Source: Minisyncoccia bacterium (GTDB lineage: Bacteria > Patescibacteriota > Minisyncoccia > Phycocordibacterales > UBA918). Taken from it: a stretch of 64,000 nt of DNA. The number at the start of each line of letters is the position of its first letter. Within the stretch, counting starts at the first letter, position 1. A program made the position numbers and the translations under genes. The notes beneath the pieces were generated by a model. It searched no databases. It was not told the DNA's origin and saw only the letters and a list, made by a program, of their open reading frames with translations. Below, piece by piece: positions 18,424-28,010 of the stretch. The stretch is taken from the NCBI GenBank assembly GCA_046293175.1, contig JBKBPM010000002.1, forward strand, positions 19,176 to 83,175, in the 5' to 3' direction.

Positions 18424-19017
18424 CTAGTCTAACTTAAGTCCAGCAATAATAGCAGCGTGGACTTCATCGATTGAGAGAGTGCCATCGATGTCGTGGACAC
18501 GGGTATTGGGGCGAGAGCGGTAGTACTCAATTACCGGCAGCGTTTCCTCGCGGTACCAACGGAGGCGCTCTTCGATCGAGTCACTGGTATCATCCAATCT
18601 AGCGCGGCTTTCCATACGTGCACGTACCACCTCCTCGGGAGTGGCAAGGTTCACCACATCAATATTGGAACGTTCGAAGAATTTAAACGCATCATCAAGG
18701 TCGGGGATCTGTCCGACGGTACGAGGGAAACCATCAATGAGGAGATGACTCTTGTCATCAAGCTGATCGAGCATGGCCCGCCCCCAAAGCACGGTCGTAA
18801 TGAAGTCTGGCTGCAAAATGCCGCTGTTAAGGGTGGTAGCAATTTTGTCTTCGGCAAAGGTTTCCTGAGTGGCAGCCAAGGCGCGGAAACGACGACCAGT
18901 CTGAATGTCGACCACCCGGCGGCGATCACGAGCTTCGAGGACGGCCTTCAGCTTTTCAATCTGTGTCCCCTTACCGCTCCCTTGCGGCCCAATAAAAATG
19001 ACTGTTTTGATATCCAT
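18424..19017 (-). CDS. adk: adenylate kinase (short, lid-less form)
   Basis: GPQGSGKGTQ P-loop, FLIDGFPRT-like motif. Confidence 0.9.
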   Translation of the reverse strand: MDIKTVIFIGPQGSGKGTQIEKLKAVLEARDRRRVVDIQTGRRFRALAATQETFAEDKIATTLNSGILQPDFITTVLWGRAMLDQLDDKSHLLIDGFPRTVGQIPDLDDAFKFFERSNIDVVNLATPEEVVRARMESRARLDDTSDSIEERLRWYREETLPVIEYYRSRPNTRVHDIDGTLSIDEVHAAIIAGLKLD

Positions 19018-19159
19018 CCCGCTAGAAATTAAAGTTACTCACGAAAGCAACAGAACTGAATAATGTAGATGTATTGTACCCGATTTCTAACGGAAACCAT
19101 ACTGGTACAGTGTACCGATGTTAGATAAAAATACAAGAAAATGGTAGTCTGTTGTCATT

Positions 19160-19735
19160 ATGCAACGAGCAAAAAAGCATATCATAACTATAGCTGGCAA
19201 ACCTGGAAGCGGTAAATCGACCACCTCAAAGGGTCTCGCGGCCAGCCTCGGATACCTCCATTTTTCTTCAGGTGATTTTTTTCGTGCTATCGGCAAAGAA
19301 CGAGGATTTGATGTACTGGCTACCAATCTCCTCGCTGAACAAGAAAAAGCAATTGATGAAGCTGTTGATCAAAAACTTCGAGACCTTGGTGAAAAAGAAA
19401 ATCAGATGGTGATTGATTCTCGTATGGCTTGGCACTGGATGCCCTACTCTTTGCGAGTATACCTCGACCTCGATCTCACCATTGCCGCCGAGCGCATTCT
19501 TGGTCATATGGACGAAGCCCGACGTGCAGCGGAGTTCATTCCAGATTCTCCAGAACTCTACGCCAAAACACTACAGGACCGACTTGATAGTGAAAGTAAA
19601 CGCTACATGAATCTTTATAATGTTAATCCCTACGATCCATCAAACTACGATCTGGTTATTGATACGGCCACTCATAATATTCCTGAGGTACAAAAGATAA
19701 TTTTGGAAACTTATTCGAAATGGATTGAGCAGTAA
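19160..19735 (+). CDS. cytidylate kinase-like P-loop NMP kinase (paralog 1)
   Basis: IITIAGKPGSGKST Walker A; about 35% identical to the downstream paralog. Confidence 0.55.
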   Translation: MQRAKKHIITIAGKPGSGKSTTSKGLAASLGYLHFSSGDFFRAIGKERGFDVLATNLLAEQEKAIDEAVDQKLRDLGEKENQMVIDSRMAWHWMPYSLRVYLDLDLTIAAERILGHMDEARRAAEFIPDSPELYAKTLQDRLDSESKRYMNLYNVNPYDPSNYDLVIDTATHNIPEVQKIILETYSKWIEQ

Positions 19736-19780
19736 AAAACTGCAGACTGACGCTGCGGGTGAACATGCTATACTACCAAC

Positions 19781-20413
19781 ATGAAACGGCAGCATATCAT
19801 CACCATTTCAGGCAAACCAGGTAGTGGGAAATCCTCAACAGCTGATATTGTGGCGGAACTTCTTGGCTACACCCGTCACTCGTCAGGCGATATAGTACGC
19901 CAAATCCTCGCCGATAAGGGTATGTCGCTCGCTGAATACAACGAGCGCGCGAAAAGCGACCATGCGCTTGATGACGCCGTTGATGATCGCCTACGGGCAC
20001 TCCGGACCAAAAAAGATATTGTGGTTGACTCACGTCTTGGCTTCTACTGGATACCCGAGTCATTTAAGGTGTACCTCGACCTTGATATCGAAGTAGCGAC
20101 TGTCCGTATCTACAAAGATGCAGTGAGTAACGCGAACCGTAGCCAAGCGGGTGAAGGTGTCAGTTCGCTTACCGAAGTCACAAAACAAGTCAGACATCGC
20201 ATGGAAGAAGAACGAGCCCGCTTCCGCGAGCTTTACCATGTGGACCCGTACGACCTCGCCCACTTTGACCTTATCATCGATACCTCACGGCACTCACCAC
20301 AGACGGTGGCGCTCGTGGTCTTTGACACGTACCGCCGTTGGCTTGAAACTCAGGTCTGGAAGCAAGAACGGAGTGCTATTCCAGCGGGCTACTCGTTTAA
20401 GAATCAGTATTGA
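19781..20413 (+). CDS. cytidylate kinase-like P-loop NMP kinase (paralog 2)
   Basis: IITISGKPGSGKSS Walker A; collinear with 19160..19735. Confidence 0.55.
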   Translation: MKRQHIITISGKPGSGKSSTADIVAELLGYTRHSSGDIVRQILADKGMSLAEYNERAKSDHALDDAVDDRLRALRTKKDIVVDSRLGFYWIPESFKVYLDLDIEVATVRIYKDAVSNANRSQAGEGVSSLTEVTKQVRHRMEEERARFRELYHVDPYDLAHFDLIIDTSRHSPQTVALVVFDTYRRWLETQVWKQERSAIPAGYSFKNQY

Positions 20414-20733
20414 TTGGGAACACCATTTTTGGTTATGTAGTAACAACACACAGATGTGTGCACGGTAACTAGAGGATAGCGTCTACGCAGTGAGAAAACT
20501 AATAAATGAGGAATTCGGTATGACTCGACTTTTGTTGCAGCCCTTCTCTGCATTGGCATCTTGACCAACGGTTCCGTCAAGCCGACCGACCTGTAAGTTA
20601 CAGAAACCCCAGCCGCGAATCCGTAGCCATACCGAAGCGGAATGGTACCGTAAAAGCCCGGTGTGCATGCACCAGGCCTTTCCTTTGTTTCATTTATTGG
20701 TTTGCTTCACTCTTGCCCACAATGATGGATAAA

Positions 20734-20759
20734 CAAAAGACCCATGTTGGGTCTTTTGT
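20734..20759. terminator. bidirectional terminator downstream of secY
   Basis: caaaagaccc-atgtt-gggtcttttg flanked by A- and T-runs. Confidence 0.6.
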
Positions 20760-20790
20760 GTTATCAACTTCTAAAATTGCTTAGATACGA

Positions 20791-22068
20791 TTAGTACTCA
20801 CGCAAGCTGACCTGGGCATCCAAGCGGCGGATGAGATCAAGCACCACATTAACCACAATCAGAATCGCTGTTCCACCAATGGCGAGCGCAGCAATACCGG
20901 TTGCTACCTGAAGGGCAATTGGGAGTACTGCTACAACCGCGAGGAAGAGCGCACCAACCAGCGTCAGACGTGTAATCAAGTTACCAAGATACTCGGCTGT
21001 GTGATCGCCTGGACGGATACCTGGAATAAATGAACCGTTCCGCTGCAAGTTCTTTGCAATCGCTTCTGGATCAAAGGTCACTGCCGTATAGAAGAAGGTA
21101 AAGAAGAATACGAACACGAAGTAGACAGCACCGTAGAGGACGTAATCGTTCATGAAGCCGGTTATTGCGGTATTCGCACTTGCTACCCATGAGAGATTAA
21201 ACGCACTGAGGATATTGAGGATCATCTGTGGGAAGAGGAGGATTGAGAGAGCGAAGATGATTGGAATCACACCAGCCTGGTTGAGGCGTAGTGGCAGGTA
21301 TGAGTTGCTCCCACGAGTGGTCAACATCATATTGCCGCGACTCTGCTTGGCGTTGGTGATTGGTACCACACGTTCTGCCTCAGTCATCACCACTACCGCA
21401 TAGATAATACCAATCGCGAGGAAAGTAAAACCAATGTAAAGTGGCAACTGCGCAGCGTTGAAGTTGAAAATCAACTGACTGATAGTAGTGGGAAGTCCAG
21501 CCATAATACCAGCGAAGATGATAATCGACACACCATTTCCTACCCCATATTCGGTCACAAGTTCACCAAGCCACATGAGCAAGACAGCACCAGCAACAAC
21601 GAGGATAACATTAAGAGCGAAGTCAAAGAAGGTCAAGTGACTGATGACACCCTGACTTTCAAGAAGGGTAAGAAATCCAAACGCCTGGAGGATCGCAAGT
21701 GGCAGAGACAGCATACGCGTATATTGCGTAAACTTGGCTCGACCAGCTTCACCTTCTTCGGTGTAGAGACTCTTCATTTTTGGTGACATCACCGTCATGA
21801 GCTGCAAAATGATGGACGCTGTAATAAACGGACCAACACCGAGCATCACAATCGAGAGATTTGACAGTCCACCGCCGGAGAAAATATTAAGGAGACCAAG
21901 GAACTGGTTGTTCGCAAAGAATTGCTGCAACACTGCCTGATCAACCCCAGGAATTGGTACTGCCGCCAAAAGACGGAAGATGACGAGTGCTCCAAGGACG
22001 AAGAGTACACGGTTACGAATAGTCTTGTCGGTAAAGACTACTTTCAATTTTCGGAAGAATGTTTGCAT
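20791..22068 (-). CDS. secY: preprotein translocase subunit SecY
   Basis: 425 aa, 10-TM SecY pattern. Confidence 0.95.
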   Translation of the reverse strand: MQTFFRKLKVVFTDKTIRNRVLFVLGALVIFRLLAAVPIPGVDQAVLQQFFANNQFLGLLNIFSGGGLSNLSIVMLGVGPFITASIILQLMTVMSPKMKSLYTEEGEAGRAKFTQYTRMLSLPLAILQAFGFLTLLESQGVISHLTFFDFALNVILVVAGAVLLMWLGELVTEYGVGNGVSIIIFAGIMAGLPTTISQLIFNFNAAQLPLYIGFTFLAIGIIYAVVVMTEAERVVPITNAKQSRGNMMLTTRGSNSYLPLRLNQAGVIPIIFALSILLFPQMILNILSAFNLSWVASANTAITGFMNDYVLYGAVYFVFVFFFTFFYTAVTFDPEAIAKNLQRNGSFIPGIRPGDHTAEYLGNLITRLTLVGALFLAVVAVLPIALQVATGIAALAIGGTAILIVVNVVLDLIRRLDAQVSLREY

Positions 22069-22086
22069 ATAGCACTATTCTACCGA

Positions 22087-22536
22087 TTAAAGTACCTTTC
22101 CGCCAGCTTTTTCGATTTTTACCTTCGCGGTAGCTGACACCTCACAACCTTCGATAGTGAGAGCCTTTGTAAGTTCGCCGGTAGCGAGAATCTTTACAGT
22201 TGGAGCTTTCTTGCGGATAGTTTCAACAATACCAGCCGCAACAAGCGTCTTTGGTGTAACCGTGTCCCCCGCCTTAAAAGCGAGCTCAAGTGCACCAACA
22301 TTCACTGGCATTGGTCGAACACGTTCAGCATTTACAGTGGCTGCTCGGTTCACACCATGACCACGGAGCTTTGGCAACTTTTTGATGAGGTCACGCATTT
22401 CTGGACGCATACTGTTACCAGCGCGTGCAGTCTGCCCCTTTCCACCACGACCGGAGGTCTTACCACGCTTACCACCGCGACCAATTCGCTTCTGGGCTTT
22501 CTTTTGGGTAGCTGGCTTTAATTCATGAAGCTGCAT
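22087..22536 (-). CDS. rplO: 50S ribosomal protein L15
   Basis: Gly/Arg/Lys-rich N-terminus typical of L15; directly follows S5 with no L30 gene. Confidence 0.9.
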   Translation of the reverse strand: MQLHELKPATQKKAQKRIGRGGKRGKTSGRGGKGQTARAGNSMRPEMRDLIKKLPKLRGHGVNRAATVNAERVRPMPVNVGALELAFKAGDTVTPKTLVAAGIVETIRKKAPTVKILATGELTKALTIEGCEVSATAKVKIEKAGGKVL

Positions 22537-22537
22537 G

Positions 22538-23173
22538 TTACTTTACGTTTTTTAGTAGCTTGAGCGCTTCGACTGCAGCGCGTGCATTGTTAAGTTTGTT
22601 CTTACTGCGTGAGAAAATCTTCGCGGTAACATCCTTCACTCCAGCCATTTCAAGGACAGTACGGACTGAAGAACCAGCCACGAGTCCTCGACCTGGAGCC
22701 GGCATAATCATTACTTCACTTGCGGCATACTTAGTATGTACATCATGTGGAATATGACTATCCTTATTCATTGGTACGACAATCATATGCTTCTTGGCAT
22801 CACGCACCGCCTTATCAATAGCGAGCTGGGTGTCCCCGGCCTTACCAATACCAACACCAACTTTACCCTTCTTGTCTCCGACGACCATCGCAACTGAGAA
22901 ACTGAAACGACGACCACCAGCCATCACGCGAGTAACGCGGCGAATACTGATAATCTTCTGATCAAACTCGGGACGAGTTCGTTCTGGACGAGCTGCCCCA
23001 CTACGACGTGTGCGGCGGGTGCCGCGATCTCCGCCTCGATCATTTCCACCACGGCGAGGACGGCGACCATCAGCTGGTACAGCGTCACTAGCGGGTGCAT
23101 CGGTCGCTGGCACATCTAGCGCCGCGATGTCTGGGGTGTTTTCCACCGCAGTTGTAGCTTCCTGCTCTGACAT
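22538..23173 (-). CDS. rpsE: 30S ribosomal protein S5 (with about 60-aa low-complexity N-terminal extension)
   Basis: Conserved S5 core RVTRVMAGGRRFSFSV...; Ala/Asp/Arg-rich extension. Confidence 0.9.
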   Translation of the reverse strand: MSEQEATTAVENTPDIAALDVPATDAPASDAVPADGRRPRRGGNDRGGDRGTRRTRRSGAARPERTRPEFDQKIISIRRVTRVMAGGRRFSFSVAMVVGDKKGKVGVGIGKAGDTQLAIDKAVRDAKKHMIVVPMNKDSHIPHDVHTKYAASEVMIMPAPGRGLVAGSSVRTVLEMAGVKDVTAKIFSRSKNKLNNARAAVEALKLLKNVK

Positions 23174-23200
23174 AATTAATTCATTAGTTGAGATAAATCC

Positions 23201-23548
23201 TTAGAAGGTAAGGCCATTGCCGCGAGCACTATCAGCAAGCGCAGCGATGAGTCCCTGGTACTTGAAGCCACCGCGGTCAAAAACCACTGTGGTTACTCCT
23301 TTGGCTACGGCAGCTTTAGCGATTGCGGCGCCGACTGCAATAGCTCCTTCGGTCATCGTACCTTTGGTCTGGCGTGAATCAGCTGAAGCCAAGGTAATAC
23401 CCTTTTGGTCATCGATAAGCTGGGCGTACACAAAGCGATTACTTTTGTAAATCGCGAGACGTGGACGTTCAGTCGTACCGGTAACTTTAGCGCGGATACG
23501 ATTATGCCTTACCGCACGCTTCGCATGTTTGTATTGAGTTTTTTCCAT
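23201..23548 (-). CDS. rplR: 50S ribosomal protein L18
   Basis: 115 aa from internal Met MEKTQYKHAKRAVRHNRIRAK; upstream ORF extension overlaps rplF. Confidence 0.85.
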   Translation of the reverse strand: MEKTQYKHAKRAVRHNRIRAKVTGTTERPRLAIYKSNRFVYAQLIDDQKGITLASADSRQTKGTMTEGAIAVGAAIAKAAVAKGVTTVVFDRGGFKYQGLIAALADSARGNGLTF

Positions 23549-23558
23549 ACGTGTGGGC

Positions 23559-24089
23559 TTACACAGCCTTCTTACCTTGCTTGCGGATAATAAATTCACC
23601 TCGGTAGCGAATACCCTTACCCTTATACGGTTCTGGCTTTCGTACCTTACGCACGTTCGCAGCAAACTGACCAAGGAGGTCTTTGTCGTGACTTGTGAGT
23701 GTGATTGTACTCTTCTCTACCGTAGCAGTGATGCCAGTTGGAATAGCGAGGAGTACTGGGTGTGAGTAGCCCATACTCAGTGAAAGATCGGTGCCTTTTA
23801 CTTCCGCACGGTACCCTACTCCTTCAATATCAAGAATCTTGGTGAAACCAGTGGTTACACCAACAATCATGTTACGGAGGTGTGCAGCATACGTACCCCA
23901 CAACGCTTTTGCGAGCACCGTGGTACCTGGAACCAGCGTGATGGTGTTACCCTCAATGGTGATGGTGACATCATCTCGAACTGGTCGGATTAATGTTCCC
24001 TTTGGTCCCTTCACGGTCAGATGACCGTCTGCGAGTGTTACCTCGACGCCAGCTGGAATAACTACTGGCAATTTTCCTAAACGACTCAT
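23559..24089 (-). CDS. rplF: 50S ribosomal protein L6
   Basis: 176 aa from Met MSRLGKLPVVIPAGVEV. Confidence 0.9.
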   Translation of the reverse strand: MSRLGKLPVVIPAGVEVTLADGHLTVKGPKGTLIRPVRDDVTITIEGNTITLVPGTTVLAKALWGTYAAHLRNMIVGVTTGFTKILDIEGVGYRAEVKGTDLSLSMGYSHPVLLAIPTGITATVEKSTITLTSHDKDLLGQFAANVRKVRKPEPYKGKGIRYRGEFIIRKQGKKAV

Positions 24090-24090
24090 A

Positions 24091-24483
24091 TTACCAAATG
24101 AGGAAAAGCTGCTCACCTCCGACATTCTTCGCCTTGGCCTCAACGTTGGTGAGGATACCAAGTGGAGTCGAGAGGATGAGATGCCCCTTTCCGAACTTAA
24201 CTTGATGGATAGATTCGACCTTTGTGTAGAGACGGCGACCTGGCTTACTAACGCGCTTAACGCCATTAATACGGTGTACCCCATCTTCATACTTGAGTGT
24301 TACTTCAAGTGTCTTCTGCGCAACTTTTCCTTTGGCTGTTGCTGCTTCAACGTATCCTGCCTCAACCAGCTTGTCTGCCACGGCATGACGGAGCTTTGAG
24401 TACGGCACCGAAACGGTCTTGTGACCAACTGCGCCCGCATTCTTGAGACGAATGATGAAATCGCCAATTGTATCGCCTACCAT
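24091..24483 (-). CDS. rpsH: 30S ribosomal protein S8
   Basis: 130 aa, typical S8. Confidence 0.9.
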   Translation of the reverse strand: MVGDTIGDFIIRLKNAGAVGHKTVSVPYSKLRHAVADKLVEAGYVEAATAKGKVAQKTLEVTLKYEDGVHRINGVKRVSKPGRRLYTKVESIHQVKFGKGHLILSTPLGILTNVEAKAKNVGGEQLFLIW

Positions 24484-24662
24484 GATGATTTCTTTATACC
24501 TGGTATATGTCCTTCGTGAGCCAATTCACGGAAGCAGATACGACAAATGTCGAAATCTCGCATGTATCCGTGCTTGCGGCCACAGAGCTTGCAGCGTCGT
24601 ACGACGCGTGAAGCATACTTCGGAGTACGCTGTGAGCGTACTATGACTGATGTTCGAGCCAC
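24477..24662 (-). CDS. rpsZ: 30S ribosomal protein S14 type Z (zinc-binding), GTG start
   Basis: 61 aa with CxxC...CxxC (CKLCGR...CRICFR). Confidence 0.9.
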   Translation of the reverse strand: MARTSVIVRSQRTPKYASRVVRRCKLCGRKHGYMRDFDICRICFRELAHEGHIPGIKKSSW

Positions 24663-24870
24663 TTTTTATTATGTTATCTGTACGAGGCCGTATCACCGAG
24701 AAAGTGGTGACGTACCTCCTAATAAATGTGCCAAAAAGGTCATAACGAGTACCGGGGACCGGTTCTCTACCCCTCCAACACACCACTTGGTCTAGAAATG
24801 CAGTGAGTTCATAGACTTCGCAGTTGGTCGCAATAGTATCAGAAAAATAAGAAATAGCAAGGTTTTTTGT

Positions 24871-24905
24871 CAAAAACAAAGCCCCCAGTTGGGGGCTTTG
24901 TTTTT
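24871..24905. terminator. bidirectional rho-independent terminator inside the rplE-rpsZ spacer
   Basis: acaaagccccc-agtt-gggggctttgt with T-runs on both strands; candidate minus-strand promoter TTGCTA-16-TACTAT just downstream (about 24840-24870). Confidence 0.65.
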
Positions 24906-24954
24906 GATCTTTTTTTGAGTATTACTCAACCTTCTGGAGTGGCACCCACCAGTT

Positions 24955-25043
24955 TCTAAGTAAAATCAGCGCACTAGGCGTTGATTTTACTTAGAACTGT
25001 CGGGCGAGGGCTCGCGGTTTTCTCTTTTGGTGAAAGAGAAAAC
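24955..25043. repeat. two unusually long perfect hairpins (17-bp stem 24955-24993; 11-bp stem 25016-25042) in rplE-rpsZ spacer
   Basis: ctaagtaaaatcagcgc-actag-gcgttgattttacttag; gttttctcttt-tggtg-aaagagaaaac. Confidence 0.55.
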
Positions 25044-25098
25044 ATCGCTGCGCCTCTTGCCCGCTGCCGCAAACAAAGTAGTTTGCTTGCTAAAAAGC

Positions 25099-25644
25099 TT
25101 ATTCAGCTTTTTGCAGCGGCAAGCCAATATGTCGCAGAAATGCTTCGGCTTCAGCCTTGGTCTTCGCGGTGGTCACAATCGTGACGGCAAATGAGAAAGC
25201 ATCCTTGAGTTCATCGTCAGCACATTCTGGAAAGATAGTGCTGTCTTTGATACCAATGGTAATATTTCCCATCTCGTCAATCGCAGTAGTCTTCAGACCG
25301 CGGAAGTCGCGCGTCTGTGGGATAGCAATGTGGATGAGCTTGTCGATGAAGTGAATCATGCGATCGCCACGGATAGTTACCTGGTGACCAATGATTTCGC
25401 CTGCACGAAGCTTAAATGAGGCAATTGATTGCTTCGCTGGACGAGCTGATGGCTTTTGTCCAGTGATGAGTGAAAGACGATCCACAATCAAGGCTTCGCG
25501 GTGTTTGTCTTGCACACGGCCAGTTCCCACTGACACCACCACCTTTTCGATTTTTGGTGTCTGCATCACATTCGTGTATCCGAAGGTACCTTTCAGGGCT
25601 TCGTAGGTTGAAGCAAGCTTTTGTTTGGTAGTTTCCATATGCAT
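25099..25644 (-). CDS. rplE: 50S ribosomal protein L5
   Basis: 181 aa; start overlaps rplX stop (TAATG). Confidence 0.9.
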   Translation of the reverse strand: MHMETTKQKLASTYEALKGTFGYTNVMQTPKIEKVVVSVGTGRVQDKHREALIVDRLSLITGQKPSARPAKQSIASFKLRAGEIIGHQVTIRGDRMIHFIDKLIHIAIPQTRDFRGLKTTAIDEMGNITIGIKDSTIFPECADDELKDAFSFAVTIVTTAKTKAEAEAFLRHIGLPLQKAE

Positions 25645-25955
25645 TAGATTTTCTTACCGCTTGGACGAGCAACACGAACTTTCTTCTTCTTGTCACCTTC
25701 GCCTTCGAAGATGTAGCCAACACGCACCGTCTTGTTACCCTCCATGAGTGCAACATTTGACGCGTCAATGGGCATACTCTTCTCGATAATCTGTCCCTGT
25801 GAACGAGCTGTCTTGCTCTTTTGGTGCTTGGTAGCGACGTTCACCCCTTCGATAACCACCTGATTCATGTCCTTTATGGTCATGAGGATGGTACCGGTCT
25901 TGCCTTTATCTTTTCCGGCAATCACCTTTACGGTGTCTCCTTTCTTGAGTTTCAT
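25644..25955 (-). CDS. rplX: 50S ribosomal protein L24
   Basis: KOW-motif protein MKLKKGDTVKVIAGKDKGK. Confidence 0.9.
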   Translation of the reverse strand: MKLKKGDTVKVIAGKDKGKTGTILMTIKDMNQVVIEGVNVATKHQKSKTARSQGQIIEKSMPIDASNVALMEGNKTVRVGYIFEGEGDKKKKVRVARPSGKKI

Positions 25956-25975
25956 ATGATGAAATAGTTAGGCGA

Positions 25976-26347
25976 CTACACGACCTCCGGGGCCAATGAG
26001 ACGATTTTCTGATAACCAGCTTCGGCTAATTCGCGAGGGATTGGACCAAAAACGCGATTCGCTTTTGGTTCTTTCTTCACCTTGTCGACAAGCACGACGG
26101 CGTTGTCGTCAAAGCTCACGTATGAGCCATCCTTGCGGCGGTAGGGCTTGACCTGGCGCACCACTACTCCGTACACAACATCCTTCTTCTTTACCGCTTT
26201 GCGAGGTTCAGCCGTCTGTACTGACAGTACGACCATTTCACCGAGCTCAGCGTAACGCTTCTTTGAGCCACCAAGAATCTTGAACACACGTCCGACCTTG
26301 GCACCCGAGTTGTCCGTAATCCGAACAATTGTCTGTGGCTGAATCAT
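25976..26347 (-). CDS. rplN: 50S ribosomal protein L14
   Basis: MIQPQTIVRITDNSGAK typical L14. Confidence 0.9.
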   Translation of the reverse strand: MIQPQTIVRITDNSGAKVGRVFKILGGSKKRYAELGEMVVLSVQTAEPRKAVKKKDVVYGVVVRQVKPYRRKDGSYVSFDDNAVVLVDKVKKEPKANRVFGPIPRELAEAGYQKIVSLAPEVV

Positions 26348-26357
26348 AGTGAATTCA

Positions 26358-26609
26358 TTACTTGGTTAAAAGAGTGAAGTGCTTGCGCTTTGACATTGGT
26401 CGAGTTTCGCGGATTTCTACAATCGCGCCTTCTTTCGCCGTATTGCCAGCATCGTGTACCAAGAACTTCTTAGTACGACGCATGAACTTCTTGTACTTTG
26501 GATGCATCACGTACCGCTCGACAGCGACCGTAATAGTATCCTTCATCTTCGTAGAAACGACAGTCCCTTTGAGGACACGACCGTTCTGTGTAGTTGAATT
26601 TGTTGTCAT
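26358..26609 (-). CDS. rpsQ: 30S ribosomal protein S17
   Basis: 83 aa typical S17. Confidence 0.9.
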   Translation of the reverse strand: MTTNSTTQNGRVLKGTVVSTKMKDTITVAVERYVMHPKYKKFMRRTKKFLVHDAGNTAKEGAIVEIRETRPMSKRKHFTLLTK

Positions 26610-26615
26610 ATCCTA

Positions 26616-26819
26616 TTACTTGGTGTCGGCCTGACGTGCACGAGTGTTGAGTTCGGTGAGGGTACGTGCAATCGTGAGCTTTGCCTTTCTAATAACTGAT
26701 GCCTTGCGGGTAAAACGGTCTTTGAAGCGTTCACTCTGGATTTCACCGCGCGAGGTGGTCACGAGCTCTTCAAGCTCTGAGTCACTCTTCTTTGCAATAT
26801 CTTCGTATTTCATATGCAA
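26616..26819 (-). CDS. rpmC: 50S ribosomal protein L29
   Basis: 67 aa helical protein in canonical position. Confidence 0.85.
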   Translation of the reverse strand: MHMKYEDIAKKSDSELEELVTTSRGEIQSERFKDRFTRKASVIRKAKLTIARTLTELNTRARQADTK

Positions 26820-26825
26820 TGCTGG

Positions 26826-27266
26826 TTACTTAGCGATAGTGTCTGCTTTTGAGACTACCTTGGCTTTTAATGGGAGCTTGTTGACTGACTTGCGAAGTGC
26901 CTTGCGAGCAAGTTCTTCACTCGTTGCGCCCTTCACTTCGAAGATGATGCGACCTGGTTCTACCTCAAAGACGTAGTGGTCAAGATCGCCCTTACCCTTA
27001 CCCATTGGTACTTCAGCGGCCTTCTTCGTAACTGGACGGTCTGGAAAAATACGGATGTATACCTGACCAGTCTTACCAAGCGTACGAGAAATTACTCGAC
27101 GAGCGGCTTCAATTTGGTTTGAACGAACACGAGATGCAGTAGTGGCTTGAAGACCAAATTCACCAAAGGCGATAGTGGTCCCACGGGTAGCTGGACGATT
27201 GCGCTTCTCTTCACTCTTGCGGCCAGTTTGCCACTTGCGGTGTGCTACTTTTTTTGGAAACAACAT
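26826..27266 (-). CDS. rplP: 50S ribosomal protein L16
   Basis: 146 aa typical L16. Confidence 0.9.
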   Translation of the reverse strand: MLFPKKVAHRKWQTGRKSEEKRNRPATRGTTIAFGEFGLQATTASRVRSNQIEAARRVISRTLGKTGQVYIRIFPDRPVTKKAAEVPMGKGKGDLDHYVFEVEPGRIIFEVKGATSEELARKALRKSVNKLPLKAKVVSKADTIAK

Positions 27267-27272
27267 ACCTAT

Positions 27273-28007
27273 TTAGCGGTTACGTGGCGCTCGGGGAGCG
27301 CTTTCTCTGGCCTCGCCGCGAGCTGGAGTTGCCTCCTGGCCTGCCTTGCGATCACCAAAGATATCACCCTTATAAATCCAGACCTTAATACCAATAGCAC
27401 CGTATGGCAAGCGCGCAGTAACGCGAGCGAAGTCAATATCGGCACGGAGTGTCTGGAGCGGAATTCGACCCTTCTTCAATTCTTCAATACGAGCCATATC
27501 AGCACCACCGAGGCGACCTGACAGCTTGATACGAACTCCCTGTACATCACGACTAGCCATCACTTTTTCGATGGTCTGCTTCATGACGCGACGGAAGGTC
27601 ATACGCTTTTCAAGACCTTCAGCAATCATCTGACCGACAATGTTCGCACTACTTTCTGGTGTACGAATTTCTTCAATGTCAAGCTTGATTTCTGGCTTAC
27701 TGATAAGCCCAGCCTTACGGAAGAGCATATCAATCTCTTGCTTGAGCTTGACGGCGCCTTCCCCACTGCGTCCAATCACAAGACCTGGACGAGCAGTGTT
27801 GATAATGATACGAACCATCTTCTGGTTGCGTTCAATTTCAACCGTATCAACGGACATACCCTTAAGACGCTTTTCGAGGAACTTACGAATCGCGGCGTCG
27901 ACGCGAATGTACTCACGGTACTGCTTTGGATCGGTAGTGAACCAACGACTCTTCCAGTCGCGGATGATACCGACACGCTGTACGTATGGATGTGCTACGT
28001 GTGTCAT
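27273..28007 (-). CDS. rpsC: 30S ribosomal protein S3
   Basis: KH domain; Arg/Ala-rich C-terminal tail. Confidence 0.9.
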   Translation of the reverse strand: MTHVAHPYVQRVGIIRDWKSRWFTTDPKQYREYIRVDAAIRKFLEKRLKGMSVDTVEIERNQKMVRIIINTARPGLVIGRSGEGAVKLKQEIDMLFRKAGLISKPEIKLDIEEIRTPESSANIVGQMIAEGLEKRMTFRRVMKQTIEKVMASRDVQGVRIKLSGRLGGADMARIEELKKGRIPLQTLRADIDFARVTARLPYGAIGIKVWIYKGDIFGDRKAGQEATPARGEARESAPRAPRNR

Positions 28008-28010
28008 AGA

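Noticed and set aside
24526-24879. 117-aa ORF on minus strand overlapping rpsZ and the spacer
   Set aside because: It overlaps the conserved S14 gene out of frame and runs through the terminator and promoter region, so it is most likely non-coding.
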